From positions 3,920 through 67,919 of the forward strand of contig CACBCD010000002.1 of the NCBI GenBank assembly GCA_902537725.1: 64,000 bases of DNA, read 5' to 3'. The translations under genes were made by a program, and so were the position numbers. The stretch comes from an uncultured PS1 clade bacterium. Lineage in GTDB: Bacteria; Pseudomonadota; Alphaproteobacteria; MED-G09. Shown one piece after another: positions 34,291-44,116 of this stretch; within the stretch, counting starts at the first letter, position 1; every line of letters starts with the position of its first letter. The notes under the pieces were generated by a model that saw nothing but the letters and a program-made list of their open reading frames with translations, did no database searches and was not told the DNA's origin.

Positions 34291-35127
34291 ATGGTACCTT
34301 TTATTCTATTAATATTAATCATCGGATCTGTTCTTTTTCACCTTTATACTCCCTGGTATTCAACCCCCATTGCATCTAATTGGGGCAGTATTGATAGCAC
34401 AATCGAGCTCACTTTTTGGATGACTGGGATAGTTTATATTCTTGTTTTGGGATTTATGACCTATTGCGTTATAAAATTTAAAAATACTAAGAATAGAAAG
34501 GCTGATTACGAACCAGAAAGTAAGAAAGCAGAAGTTATTTTAACTGTTTTAACTACTATTGGTGTAGCCGGGCTTTTAGCTCCAGGCCTTATTGTTTGGG
34601 ATGATTATGTATCACCTCCTGAAGAAGCAATGCCTATTGAGGCTATGGGTCAACAATGGTATTGGAATTTTCGTCTTCCGGGTGAAGATGGTATTTTAGG
34701 CACAACTGATGCAAGAAATATTAGTGCAGATAATCCTTTTGGCATGAATGAGAATGATCCCAATGGTAAAGATGATATCCTGATTGAAGGGGACACTCTT
34801 CATCTTGAACACGATAAACCCGTTAAGTTCTTACTAAGATCAATAGATGTTTTACATAATTTCTATGTTCCTCAATTCAGGGCCAAAATGGACTTAGTAC
34901 CAGGTATGGTAACTTTCTATTGGATTAAGCCAACTGTTACAGGAAATTATGAAATTTTATGCGCTGAATTGTGTGGTGTTGGCCATCATGCAATGAGAGG
35001 CGAGGTACAAGTTGATAATACTAATGACTATCAAGATTGGTTAAATGATCAATTAACATTTGAAGCAATTCAAGAACAGGCAATGCTGGATAGAGAAGAA
35101 AAACTAGCATTTAATAAAAGTAATTAA
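34291..35127 (+). CDS. coxB: Cytochrome c oxidase subunit II (CoxM-type)
   Basis: Two N-terminal TM helices. CuA site HNFYVP...CAELCGVGHHAM. Confidence 0.9.
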   Translation: MVPFILLILIIGSVLFHLYTPWYSTPIASNWGSIDSTIELTFWMTGIVYILVLGFMTYCVIKFKNTKNRKADYEPESKKAEVILTVLTTIGVAGLLAPGLIVWDDYVSPPEEAMPIEAMGQQWYWNFRLPGEDGILGTTDARNISADNPFGMNENDPNGKDDILIEGDTLHLEHDKPVKFLLRSIDVLHNFYVPQFRAKMDLVPGMVTFYWIKPTVTGNYEILCAELCGVGHHAMRGEVQVDNTNDYQDWLNDQLTFEAIQEQAMLDREEKLAFNKSN

Positions 35128-35146
35128 TTAAGAAGAGGTAAATATT

Positions 35147-36925
35147 ATGTCAGAATCTATAATTCCTGAAAGTGAATTAGAAGAAGTTGAACTTTATCAT
35201 CCAAAGAGTTGGTGGACTGAAAAAGTTTTTTCCCAGGATGCTAAGTTAATAGCAATTCAATATGGATTAACTGCTTTCGCAATTGGATTTGTAGCTCTAG
35301 TTTTGTCTTGGTTTATGAGAATTCAAATAGCATTCCCTGAAATGGCTATTATTAGCGAAGGAACTTATTATCAATTTATAACTATGCATGGAATGATAAT
35401 GGTTGTTTACCTTCTTACAGCCCTATTTTTAGGAGCTTTTGGAAATTACCTGATACCTCTCATGGTTGGTGCAAGAGATATGGTATTTCCATATTTAAAT
35501 ATGGTCAGTTATTGGACATATTTAGTTGCAGTTTTAGTTCTTTTTGTAAGCTTCTTTACCCCTGGTGGCCCTACTGGCGCTGGATGGACGCTTTATCCTC
35601 CACAAGCAATTCTTGGTGGTACTCCAGGTCAAGAAACCGGAATAGTATTGATGTTAGTATCATTATGTATTTTTATTGTTGGGTTTACTATGGGTGGGCT
35701 TAACTATGTTATAACTGTTCTACAAGCTAGAACACGTGGCATGACATTAATGAGAATGCCACTAACAGTTTGGGGAATATTTACCGCCACAGTATTAGCT
35801 TTATTTGCTTTTCCAGCTTTGTTTGTTAGCGCTGTAATGATGCTTTTTGATAAACTTTTAATGACGAGCTTCTTTATGCCAGCTTTAGTTGAATTTGGGG
35901 AAAACCTTAGTTATGGTGGTGGAAGCCCCATTCTATTTCAACATCTTTTCTGGTTTTTTGGACATCCTGAAGTTTACATTGTTGCATTGCCAGCATTTGG
36001 GATTGTTTCTGACTTAATTTCCATACATGCACGAAAGAATATTTTTGGTTTTAGAATGATGGTGTGGGCAATAGTGGGTATTGGAGCTTTAAGTTTTATC
36101 GTTTGGGCGCATCACATGTATGTTAGTGGAATGAATCCTTATTTTGGCTTCTTCTTTGCAACAACAACTCTTATTATTGCTGTCCCAACCGCTCTTAAAG
36201 TTTATAATTGGATCTTAACCTTATGGAAAGGTAACATCCATTTGACTATTCCTATGCTTTTTTGCTTAGGTTTTATCGTTACCTTCCTAAATGGTGGTCT
36301 TACAGGCTTATTTCTTGGTAATGTTATTGTTGATGTTCCTCTCTCTGATACCTATTTTGTTGTAGCTCACTTCCATATGGTTATGGGTATTGCACCGGTT
36401 TTGGTTATTCTTGGAGCGATTTATCATTGGTATCCTTTGATAACAGGTAAAATGCTTCATGATGGTATGGGAAGATTTCATTTTTGGATAACCTTTGTGG
36501 GTTCATACCTTATTTATTTTCCAATGCATTATCTAGGTTTTATTGGTGTGCCAAGGAGATATTATGAGATGGGACAAACAGAAGCTTTATATACTTCTTC
36601 AGCTGCTGACCTTAATGTTTTCATTACGATTGCTGCACTCGCAGTTGGTTTCGCTCAGCTTGTTTTCATTTATAATGTCTTTTGGAGTGCCAAGAATGGT
36701 AAAGTTGCTGAAAAAAATCCATGGAAATCAACATCATTAGAATGGCAAACACCAGAACAACCGCCTATTCATGGTAACTTTGGTAAAGAGTTACCAGTTG
36801 TTTACCGTTGGGCATATGACTACAGTGTTCCTGGTGCTGAGGATGATTTTATTCCTCAAGATGTACCTAATGAAAAAGTTAAACTTGCAGAAGGTTATAC
36901 AGAGCTTGGAGTAGAAAAAACTTGA
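35147..36925 (+). CDS. ctaD: Cytochrome c oxidase subunit I (CoxN-type)
   Basis: Heme-copper oxidase signatures WFFGHPEVYIVALPAFG, HHMY and VAHFHMVM. 592 aa. Confidence 0.95.
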   Translation: MSESIIPESELEEVELYHPKSWWTEKVFSQDAKLIAIQYGLTAFAIGFVALVLSWFMRIQIAFPEMAIISEGTYYQFITMHGMIMVVYLLTALFLGAFGNYLIPLMVGARDMVFPYLNMVSYWTYLVAVLVLFVSFFTPGGPTGAGWTLYPPQAILGGTPGQETGIVLMLVSLCIFIVGFTMGGLNYVITVLQARTRGMTLMRMPLTVWGIFTATVLALFAFPALFVSAVMMLFDKLLMTSFFMPALVEFGENLSYGGGSPILFQHLFWFFGHPEVYIVALPAFGIVSDLISIHARKNIFGFRMMVWAIVGIGALSFIVWAHHMYVSGMNPYFGFFFATTTLIIAVPTALKVYNWILTLWKGNIHLTIPMLFCLGFIVTFLNGGLTGLFLGNVIVDVPLSDTYFVVAHFHMVMGIAPVLVILGAIYHWYPLITGKMLHDGMGRFHFWITFVGSYLIYFPMHYLGFIGVPRRYYEMGQTEALYTSSAADLNVFITIAALAVGFAQLVFIYNVFWSAKNGKVAEKNPWKSTSLEWQTPEQPPIHGNFGKELPVVYRWAYDYSVPGAEDDFIPQDVPNEKVKLAEGYTELGVEKT

Positions 36926-37542
36926 GTATTTTCAGTATATTATCGCAAAAACCTTGGACTTCTGATCAGGCAAAAATAGATGACAAGCATAGTGGTAAGT
37001 CATCTTCAATGCCTTTGCCAAGGGTAGCCCTTTACGTTTCGATGGTTGTAATGGGTGTATTATTTACACTTTTTTCAGTCGCCTATATAGGTAGAATGGC
37101 TTATGGGGATTGGAGAGTGCTACCTGAACCCCCTCTATTGTGGTTTAACAGTTTAGTTATACTTATGAGTAGTTTTGCTTTTCATAAAGCAACATTAAGT
37201 TTAAAAGAAAATAATAACAGGAGAACCAGAGAATACTTATTTCTGGCTGGCGCTCTTACTCTAGGATTTATCACTGGTCAACTTTTTGTTTGGAGGGAAC
37301 TAGTTTCATTTGGATACTTTGTTTCAACTAATCCTTCTTATGCTTTTTTCTATCTTTTAACAGCTCTTCATATCTTACATTTACTTGGTGGTCTTATAGC
37401 TTGGTTATTTGTCGTTTATAAGAGTTTTATAGCAGAAAATGAATCATCCAATTTTCCGCTTAGTGTGAATTTATGTGCAATTTATTGGCATTTCTTATTA
37501 ATGGTCTGGTTAATTTTGTTTACAATGCTTTTGTTAACTTAA
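36922..37542 (+). CDS. Cytochrome c oxidase subunit III-like membrane protein (CoxO-like paralog)
   Basis: Five predicted TM helices with subunit III-like C-terminal pattern (FYLLTALHILHLLGG, CAIYWHFLLMVW). TTG start overlaps the subunit I stop. Confidence 0.7.
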   Translation: MSIFSILSQKPWTSDQAKIDDKHSGKSSSMPLPRVALYVSMVVMGVLFTLFSVAYIGRMAYGDWRVLPEPPLLWFNSLVILMSSFAFHKATLSLKENNNRRTREYLFLAGALTLGFITGQLFVWRELVSFGYFVSTNPSYAFFYLLTALHILHLLGGLIAWLFVVYKSFIAENESSNFPLSVNLCAIYWHFLLMVWLILFTMLLLT

Positions 37543-37563
37543 GTTTTTTATGGGGTTTAAAAT

Positions 37564-38268
37564 ATGAGCGCAACTTCAAAAGTGCCTTTAAAGGATGGAA
37601 TGGAGGGCTTTGTATCTGACTGGGCTTCAGATCAAAGAGCTTTTAAGGGAGTTCCATGGGGAAAAGCCATGATGTGGATTTTTCTTCTTAGCGATACATT
37701 TATTTTTAGTATTTTTCTTATTGGTTATATGACAGCCAGATGGTCTACTGTTGAACCATGGCCTAATACGAGTGAAGTTTTTGCACTTACTGTTAATGGG
37801 GTAAGTGTACCCTTACTTTTAATTGCAATTATGACATTTATACTCATAACGAGTAGCGGAACTATGGCTATGGCTGTTAGAAGTGGCTATCAGAAAAAAA
37901 GAAAACAAGCAGCTGCTCTATTGTATTTAACTGCTATTCTTGGCTTATCATTTGTTGGTATGCAGGCTTTTGAGTGGAGTAAATTAATTGAAGAGGGAAT
38001 TCGACCTTGGGAAAATCCATTTGGGGCTAGACAATTTGGATCCATCTTTTTTATGGTTACTGGTTTCCATGGCTTTCATGTTTCTGTAGGTGTTATTTTC
38101 TTATTTATAACTGCTCGAAAAGTATTACGTGGCGACTATGACACTGGCAGAAGAGGGTTTTTTACTTGGCAGAAGGGTCGTTATGAAATTGTTGAAACAA
38201 TGGGTCTATATTGGCATTTTGTTGATTTAGTATGGGTTTTTATTTTTGCATTTTTCTATTTATGGTGA
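37564..38268 (+). CDS. Cytochrome c oxidase subunit III (CoxP-like)
   Basis: Subunit III pattern FFMVTGFHGFHVSVGVIFL and LYWHFVDLVWVFIF. Confidence 0.85.
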   Translation: MSATSKVPLKDGMEGFVSDWASDQRAFKGVPWGKAMMWIFLLSDTFIFSIFLIGYMTARWSTVEPWPNTSEVFALTVNGVSVPLLLIAIMTFILITSSGTMAMAVRSGYQKKRKQAAALLYLTAILGLSFVGMQAFEWSKLIEEGIRPWENPFGARQFGSIFFMVTGFHGFHVSVGVIFLFITARKVLRGDYDTGRRGFFTWQKGRYEIVETMGLYWHFVDLVWVFIFAFFYLW

Positions 38269-38276
38269 GGTAAATT

Positions 38277-38666
38277 ATGGCTGAAGAAGGTCAAGAGCAT
38301 CCAATTAGCACATATCTATGGGTATGGTTATTATTATTTGTTTTGAGTGCATTTTCTTATGCAGTTGACTATGTTGGTTTTCAAGGTTTCACTCGTTGGA
38401 CTTTAGTTCTCTTATTTATGTTTTTAAAAGCATATTTTATTTGTGCTGTTTTTATGCACATGGTTTGGGAAAGAATGGCCCTAGTGCTTGGCCTTTTTAT
38501 TCCTACTTTTGCAATTGTTGTTTTTATAGGAATAATGGGTTTTGAGTCTGATTATACTCAGCTTTCAAGAAAGGTTTTCTTTGACACTGGAAAGCCTCCA
38601 ACGGTATATGCTGTACCACATGGCAAAGAACATTCCAAAGATCATTTAGGAGATGAAGCTCATTAA
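38277..38666 (+). CDS. Small oxidase-associated membrane protein, prokaryotic cytochrome c oxidase subunit IV-like
   Basis: Three TM helices (YLWVWLLLFVLSAF, LVLLFMFLKAYFICAVFMHM, LFIPTFAIVVFIGIMGF). Position directly after the subunit III genes. Confidence 0.6.
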   Translation: MAEEGQEHPISTYLWVWLLLFVLSAFSYAVDYVGFQGFTRWTLVLLFMFLKAYFICAVFMHMVWERMALVLGLFIPTFAIVVFIGIMGFESDYTQLSRKVFFDTGKPPTVYAVPHGKEHSKDHLGDEAH

Positions 38667-38675
38667 TTTTTAGTT

Positions 38676-39206
38676 ATGTTTAAATTATTTTCTTTTTATA
38701 TTCTTTTAGTTATATTTGCATTACCTGTATTTGCTGAAAATACTTTTATTACTAAAATTGAAAGCCTAGCTGAAAGAGGCTTTTCTGACGCTCAGTATAA
38801 CTTAGCAAGAATTTATGCAAACGGTGAATCGGTAGATCAAGATTTAATTGTTGCAGAATATTGGTTTAGGAAGTCAGCTGAGCAAGGAAATCTTGACGCT
38901 CAATATCAACTAGGAAGAATGTATGACTCTGGACTTGGAGTTTCTGTGAATAAAAAAGAAGCTTTTAAATGGTATTCTTTGTCAGCTGAACAAGGAAGCA
39001 TAGACGCACAATATAATTTAGGATTAGCTTATCGATTGGGTATTGGTGTTGAGCAAAGTTTTACCAAATCTTTGAAATGGTATAAAGAATCTGCCTCAAA
39101 GGGTCATAGTGGTGCTCAATATAATCTTAATTTATTATTTGAAGAAGGTTTAGCTACTAGGCAAGATATCTCAGATGCTATTAAATGGTATAGATGCGGT
39201 AGGTAA
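38676..39206 (+). CDS. Secreted Sel1-like repeat (SLR/TPR-like) protein
   Basis: Signal peptide ending PVFA|EN. Four tandem SLR units each starting (D/G)AQYNL/AQYQL...W(Y/F)(R/S/K)(K/L/E)SAEQG. Starts 10 nt after the previous gene. Confidence 0.85.
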   Translation: MFKLFSFYILLVIFALPVFAENTFITKIESLAERGFSDAQYNLARIYANGESVDQDLIVAEYWFRKSAEQGNLDAQYQLGRMYDSGLGVSVNKKEAFKWYSLSAEQGSIDAQYNLGLAYRLGIGVEQSFTKSLKWYKESASKGHSGAQYNLNLLFEEGLATRQDISDAIKWYRCGR

Positions 39207-39379
39207 ATTTTGAAGTCAATTATTATTATTGCTATTATATTTTTGATTACATTAATTATGACCCTAATTTATTTTAACGTTGGTTAAAATATATGCAGTT
39301 AACTTTGTGATATAAAAACACTTACCCAAAAAACCAATCCTAAAACTATAAGAATAATCGAAAACTTCATTTTATAATT

Positions 39380-39455
<76 letters not shown>

Positions 39456-39459
39456 ATTA

Positions 39460-39915
39460 CTATTCTTGAGCATTATCATTTTGAACATTTTTGATTACAT
39501 CTGATACATCGTCATCTTCATCTATAAAGTCATCGTCTTCATTGTCAAGATCATCCAAATCATCAGCATCAAACTCATTAATGTCTGCCTCGGGCTCGCT
39601 ATCAATGATTTCATCATCACTTGAGTTTTCAAGGTCTGGTATAGTATCTTCATCAATTTCTGGAATGATTTGATCATCAGTTTCAAGTGTTTCATCGATT
39701 TCTTCTATATTTTCTTTCTCATTATTCACTTCAATATCATTTATATCATTTTCAAGTGTAATTTCTTCAGTTTTTCCCTTTTCTAAATCTTCAACTCCTA
39801 TTTCATTTAAAATCTCACCAGTATAAGGGCTGATTATAGGATCCTTATTTAAGTCATAAAATTTTTTACCTGTAGTAGGACAAATTCTTTTTTTACCTAA
39901 TTTATCTTTGCTCAT
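39460..39915 (-). CDS. TIGR02300 (FYDLN_acid) family protein with extremely acidic C-terminus
   Basis: N-terminal KRICPTTGKKFYDLNKDPIISPYTGE motif, followed by about 110 aa of D/E-rich low-complexity sequence. Confidence 0.8.
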   Translation of the reverse strand: MSKDKLGKKRICPTTGKKFYDLNKDPIISPYTGEILNEIGVEDLEKGKTEEITLENDINDIEVNNEKENIEEIDETLETDDQIIPEIDEDTIPDLENSSDDEIIDSEPEADINEFDADDLDDLDNEDDDFIDEDDDVSDVIKNVQNDNAQE

Positions 39916-40011
39916 TTTTGTACCTATAATTCATATCTAATAAATTTATTTATCTCCATTGCCATGAAGAAACAATAGTGTCAAAACCAAAAAAAGTTTT
40001 TTTCTTATAAT

Positions 40012-41385
40012 ATGTCTGCTAAACCTTTATTAACAATGAATCAAGATCAAAAAAATAAAACGTTAAGTTCAAAATTCTTCTCGAGTAAAAGTTCTGACTT
40101 AAATGGAGAGATTACCATACCGGGTGATAAATCTATCTCTCACAGATGTGTTATATTATCCTCTTTAGCAATTGGTGAAAGTAAAATAAATGGTTTACTT
40201 AATAGCTCAGACGTTAATTGTACAATCAATGCTATGAAATCATTTGGTGCTAGCATTTATATGAGTTCAAATGATGAATGTACTGTTAATGGTATTGGTA
40301 TTGGTAGCTTGAGACAACCAGATAATCCTTTAGATTTCGGTAATTCTGGGACTGCTGTTAGACTCATACTAGGCCTTGTTTCTACCTATCCCATAGAGAC
40401 TCATTTAATCGGTGATGATTCATTAACCCAGAGACCAATGAGAAGGGTTACTGATCCATTAACTGATTTCGGTGCAAATTTTCAATTAAGAAATAAAGAA
40501 TTTCTCCCAATTGTTGTTAAGGGTGCTAATTTAGCTATTCCTATTACATATGAAATGGAAGTTGCTTCTGCACAAGTAAAGTCGGCTATATTACTTGCTG
40601 GTTTGAATACTCCAGGGATAACTACCGTAATAGAAAAAGAAAAAACTAGGGATCATACCGAAACTCTTTTAAAGTATTATGGTTATGAAATTAGCCAAGA
40701 GGAGAGAAATAATAAGAATTTTATTAGTCTTGAAGGGCAGAAATTCTTAAGTCCAGTCAATATAAAAGTTCCCGGCGATCCATCCTCAGCTGCTTACCCA
40801 GTGATTGCTGGATTAATTTGTAAAAACTCAAATATTAAGATTAAGAATGTTTTATTAAACCCTACTCGTGATGGTTTATATAGATGCCTAGATGAGATGG
40901 GTGCAAAAATAACCTATTCTAACAAAAAGAATGAAGCTGGAGAAATAACATATGATCTTGAAGTTAAATCAAGCTCTTTAAAGCCAATTGATGTACCTGC
41001 AGAGAGGGCACCAAGTATGATTGATGATTATCCAATACTTGCTGTAGCAGCTTCTTTAACTAATGGCATTTCAATATTTCGTGGTTTATCAGAATTAAAA
41101 GTTAAAGAGAGTGATAGATTATTAGGAATTTATAACTTTTTATCTAAAAACGGTATAGAAGCAAAAATTGACAGTAACAATCTTATTATCAATGGAAGTA
41201 GTGGAGGACCTAAGGGGGGTGGTTTAGTCGAAACTAATTTAGATCATCGCATCGCAATGTCGTCAATAGTACTTGGAATGGTTTCAGATGAGTCAATAAG
41301 AATAGATGATATAGAAACAATTAAAACAAGTTTTCCAAATTTCATAGAGTTAATGAAAAAATTAGGGGCCAGAATATCGGTATAA
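40012..41385 (+). CDS. aroA: 3-phosphoshikimate 1-carboxyvinyltransferase (EPSP synthase)
   Basis: PGDKSISHR, LDFGNSGTAVRL and KESDRL motifs. Confidence 0.95.
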   Translation: MSAKPLLTMNQDQKNKTLSSKFFSSKSSDLNGEITIPGDKSISHRCVILSSLAIGESKINGLLNSSDVNCTINAMKSFGASIYMSSNDECTVNGIGIGSLRQPDNPLDFGNSGTAVRLILGLVSTYPIETHLIGDDSLTQRPMRRVTDPLTDFGANFQLRNKEFLPIVVKGANLAIPITYEMEVASAQVKSAILLAGLNTPGITTVIEKEKTRDHTETLLKYYGYEISQEERNNKNFISLEGQKFLSPVNIKVPGDPSSAAYPVIAGLICKNSNIKIKNVLLNPTRDGLYRCLDEMGAKITYSNKKNEAGEITYDLEVKSSSLKPIDVPAERAPSMIDDYPILAVAASLTNGISIFRGLSELKVKESDRLLGIYNFLSKNGIEAKIDSNNLIINGSSGGPKGGGLVETNLDHRIAMSSIVLGMVSDESIRIDDIETIKTSFPNFIELMKKLGARISV

Positions 41386-41388
41386 AAT

Positions 41389-42042
41389 ATGACCTTTATA
41401 GTTGCAATTGATGGCGCCGCTGGGACAGGAAAAGGAACAATAGCGAGGGGTATTTCTAAGGAATTTAATTTTTCTTATTTTGACACTGGGATAATCTACA
41501 GGGGTTTAGCTCTAAAAACCATAAGTAAATATGGTGAGAATTTTATAAAACAAGATGCAATTTCTGAGGCTAATATTTTTGATATTAATTCTATAAATGA
41601 AAATGAAATTCGTAATCCACTAATCGACAAGTATTCATCTATTATTGCATCAATCCCTGAAGTTAGAAATATAGTTGTAAATATTCAAAGAAATTTTGGT
41701 GAAAAGCCACGAGTTAAAAAAGGCATTGTTGTCGACGGAAGGGATATTGGCACTATTATTTTTCCAAATGCAAATGTAAAATTATTCATTTCTGCATCTC
41801 TAGAAGAGCGCGCAAAACGTAGATTTTCTGATTTTTTAAATAAAAATGAAAAAATTTCTTACAATGAGGTAATAAAACAATTGCAAAAAAGGGATCAAAG
41901 AGATAAGGAAAGAAGCGTTGCACCGTTAGTTGCGGCAAAAGATGCGCATCATATTGATACTACTGGTATCAATATAGAAGACACTTTAAAAATTGTTTCA
42001 TCTTTAGTTATTAAAGAATTTAATGACTATTGTAGTAATTAA
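41389..42042 (+). CDS. cmk: Cytidylate kinase
   Basis: P-loop IDGAAGTGKGT, DGRDIGT, and position between aroA and rpsA. Confidence 0.93.
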   Translation: MTFIVAIDGAAGTGKGTIARGISKEFNFSYFDTGIIYRGLALKTISKYGENFIKQDAISEANIFDINSINENEIRNPLIDKYSSIIASIPEVRNIVVNIQRNFGEKPRVKKGIVVDGRDIGTIIFPNANVKLFISASLEERAKRRFSDFLNKNEKISYNEVIKQLQKRDQRDKERSVAPLVAAKDAHHIDTTGINIEDTLKIVSSLVIKEFNDYCSN

Positions 42043-42062
42043 TAAGTTAGGGAGATTAATAT

Positions 42063-43796
42063 TTGTCAAATTTAGTCGATTCAGTTCCAGAAAGTTCTCA
42101 AGAGGAATTTTCAAAGCTCCTTGAAGAGAGCTTTGTTTCAAATGCATGTGAAGAAGGTCAGGTTATTAAAGGTACGGTTGTAGGAATAGAGTCTGATACA
42201 ATTATAGTTGATGTAGGTATGAAGACAGAGGGTAGAATTCCATCTGATGAATTTTCGGCCTCTGGTAAAGACCATAATTTGGAAATTGGAGATGAGGTTG
42301 ATGTCTATTTAGAGAGAATAGAAAATGCATTAGGCGATGCCGTTCTTTCAAGAGAAAAAGCCAGAAGAGAAGAGATTTGGACAAATTTATTGGTTGCTCA
42401 AAAAGAAAATACAATTGTTGAAGGAGTTATCAATGGTAAAGTTAAAGGTGGTTTTACTGTTGATTTAGATGGTGCTCAAGCATTCCTTCCTGGAAGTCAG
42501 GTAGATGTTAGGCCAATTAGGGATATGAAGCCTTTAATGCATACTTTGCAGACCTTTCATATTTTAAAAATGGATCGTAGGCGGGGTAATATTGTGGTAT
42601 CTCGAAAATCAGTACTATCTGAGAGCTTATCAGTTGATAAATCTGAACTCTTAGAGAAGATTAAAGAAGGTGAGATCGTAGAGGGTATTGTTAAAAATAT
42701 AACAGATTATGGAGCTTTTATAGATTTAGGCGGAGTAGATGGTCTTTTGCATGTAACAGATATCTCTTGGAAAAGAATAAATAGTCCTGAGGAAGTTATT
42801 TCTGTTGGCGAAAAAATTAAAGTTCTCATAACTAAAGTTTCTGGTGAAAACATGCGTATTTCACTTGGTATGAAGCAATTACAGAATGATCCTTGGATTG
42901 AAGCTCAGACAAATTACACTGTCGGTGAACGCTATAAAGGCAAAGTAACAAATATTGCTGATTATGGAGCTTTTGTTGAGCTCGAAGGTGGAATTGAGGG
43001 ATTAGTTCACGTTTCAGAAATGAGTTGGGTTTCCAAAATGCAAAATCCTAATAAGTATGTTGAAAAGGACCAAGAAGTTGAGGTGATGGTTTTAGAAATC
43101 GATCCTGATAAAAAACGTTTATCTCTTGGATTAAAACAATGTTTAGATAATCCATGGGAGGATTTTGCTCAAAAAAATCCTATTGGAACAAAACTAAGCG
43201 GCAAAATTCAAAATATTACTGATTTTGGCCTTTTTGTAAAAGTTAGTGAAGATCTTGATGGCCTTGTTCATATGTCAGACGTTGATTGGAGAAAATCAGG
43301 ATCTGAAGCTATAAAAGATTTTGAGGTTGATCAAGAAATTGAGACTATAATTATTGATATTGATCCCTCTAAAGAGAGAATTTCACTTGGAATTAAACAG
43401 CTTGATGACGATCCTATGGAATCTCTTGATCAGATTAAAAAAGGAAGTGTTGTAACTTGTACTGTAGTTTCATCTCAAACGGCTGGAATTGATGTTGAAA
43501 TAGGTGACAAAGTACCAGCTTTTATTAAAAGATCTGATTTATCAAAAGATAAGTCTGAACAAATTCCTGAAAGATTTGAAACTGGTCAAAAAGTTGATGC
43601 CAAAGTTACAAATTATGATCCTAAATCTAGAAAAATATCACTATCAATTAGAGCTCTGGAAATATCAGACGAGAAAGAAGCTATCGAGCAATACGGATCT
43701 AAAGATTCTGGTGCATCTCTTGGTGATATTCTTGGTGAAGCTTTGGATAAAAATTCATCTGAAAAAGATAGCAATAATGAGGGTGGCAATGATTAA
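42063..43796 (+). CDS. rpsA: 30S ribosomal protein S1
   Basis: Six S1 repeats (for example [29 protein letters not shown]). TTG start preceded by GGGAG. Confidence 0.96.
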   Translation: MSNLVDSVPESSQEEFSKLLEESFVSNACEEGQVIKGTVVGIESDTIIVDVGMKTEGRIPSDEFSASGKDHNLEIGDEVDVYLERIENALGDAVLSREKARREEIWTNLLVAQKENTIVEGVINGKVKGGFTVDLDGAQAFLPGSQVDVRPIRDMKPLMHTLQTFHILKMDRRRGNIVVSRKSVLSESLSVDKSELLEKIKEGEIVEGIVKNITDYGAFIDLGGVDGLLHVTDISWKRINSPEEVISVGEKIKVLITKVSGENMRISLGMKQLQNDPWIEAQTNYTVGERYKGKVTNIADYGAFVELEGGIEGLVHVSEMSWVSKMQNPNKYVEKDQEVEVMVLEIDPDKKRLSLGLKQCLDNPWEDFAQKNPIGTKLSGKIQNITDFGLFVKVSEDLDGLVHMSDVDWRKSGSEAIKDFEVDQEIETIIIDIDPSKERISLGIKQLDDDPMESLDQIKKGSVVTCTVVSSQTAGIDVEIGDKVPAFIKRSDLSKDKSEQIPERFETGQKVDAKVTNYDPKSRKISLSIRALEISDEKEAIEQYGSKDSGASLGDILGEALDKNSSEKDSNNEGGND

Positions 43797-44073
43797 ATCT
43801 TCTTTGGTTAAAAAACTTTTAAAGAATAATCCTCATCTAATTCAAAAGGATATTGAGATAATTGTTGATACCGTTCTTGAAAATATTGGTGAAACATTAT
43901 CAAGTAATGGAAGGGTTGAGATTAGAGGTTTTGGAACTTTTTCTGTTAGGCATAGAAGTGCCCGTAATGGAAGGAACCCAAGAACTGGGGAGGCTGTCGT
44001 AGTTCCCGCTAAGAATGTTCCAATGTTTAAGCCAGGTAAGGGTATGAGGGATAGACTTAACTATAAATCTTAA
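43789..44073 (+). CDS. ihfB: Integration host factor subunit beta
   Basis: HU/IHF fold: [47 protein letters not shown]. The ATG at 43789 overlaps the rpsA stop by 8 nt. The upstream part of listed ORF 43504..44073 is out-of-frame rpsA sequence. Confidence 0.88.
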   Translation: MIKSSLVKKLLKNNPHLIQKDIEIIVDTVLENIGETLSSNGRVEIRGFGTFSVRHRSARNGRNPRTGEAVVVPAKNVPMFKPGKGMRDRLNYKS

Positions 44074-44116
44074 TTCATTCTAATTAGTTTATACATTTAA
44101 ACTACAAGGAGAAAAA

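Noticed and set aside
43504-43788. N-terminal 95 codons of listed ORF 43504..44073.
   Set aside because: This is an out-of-frame read-through of the rpsA 3' region. The IHF-beta homology begins at the ATG at 43789, so the gene was trimmed.
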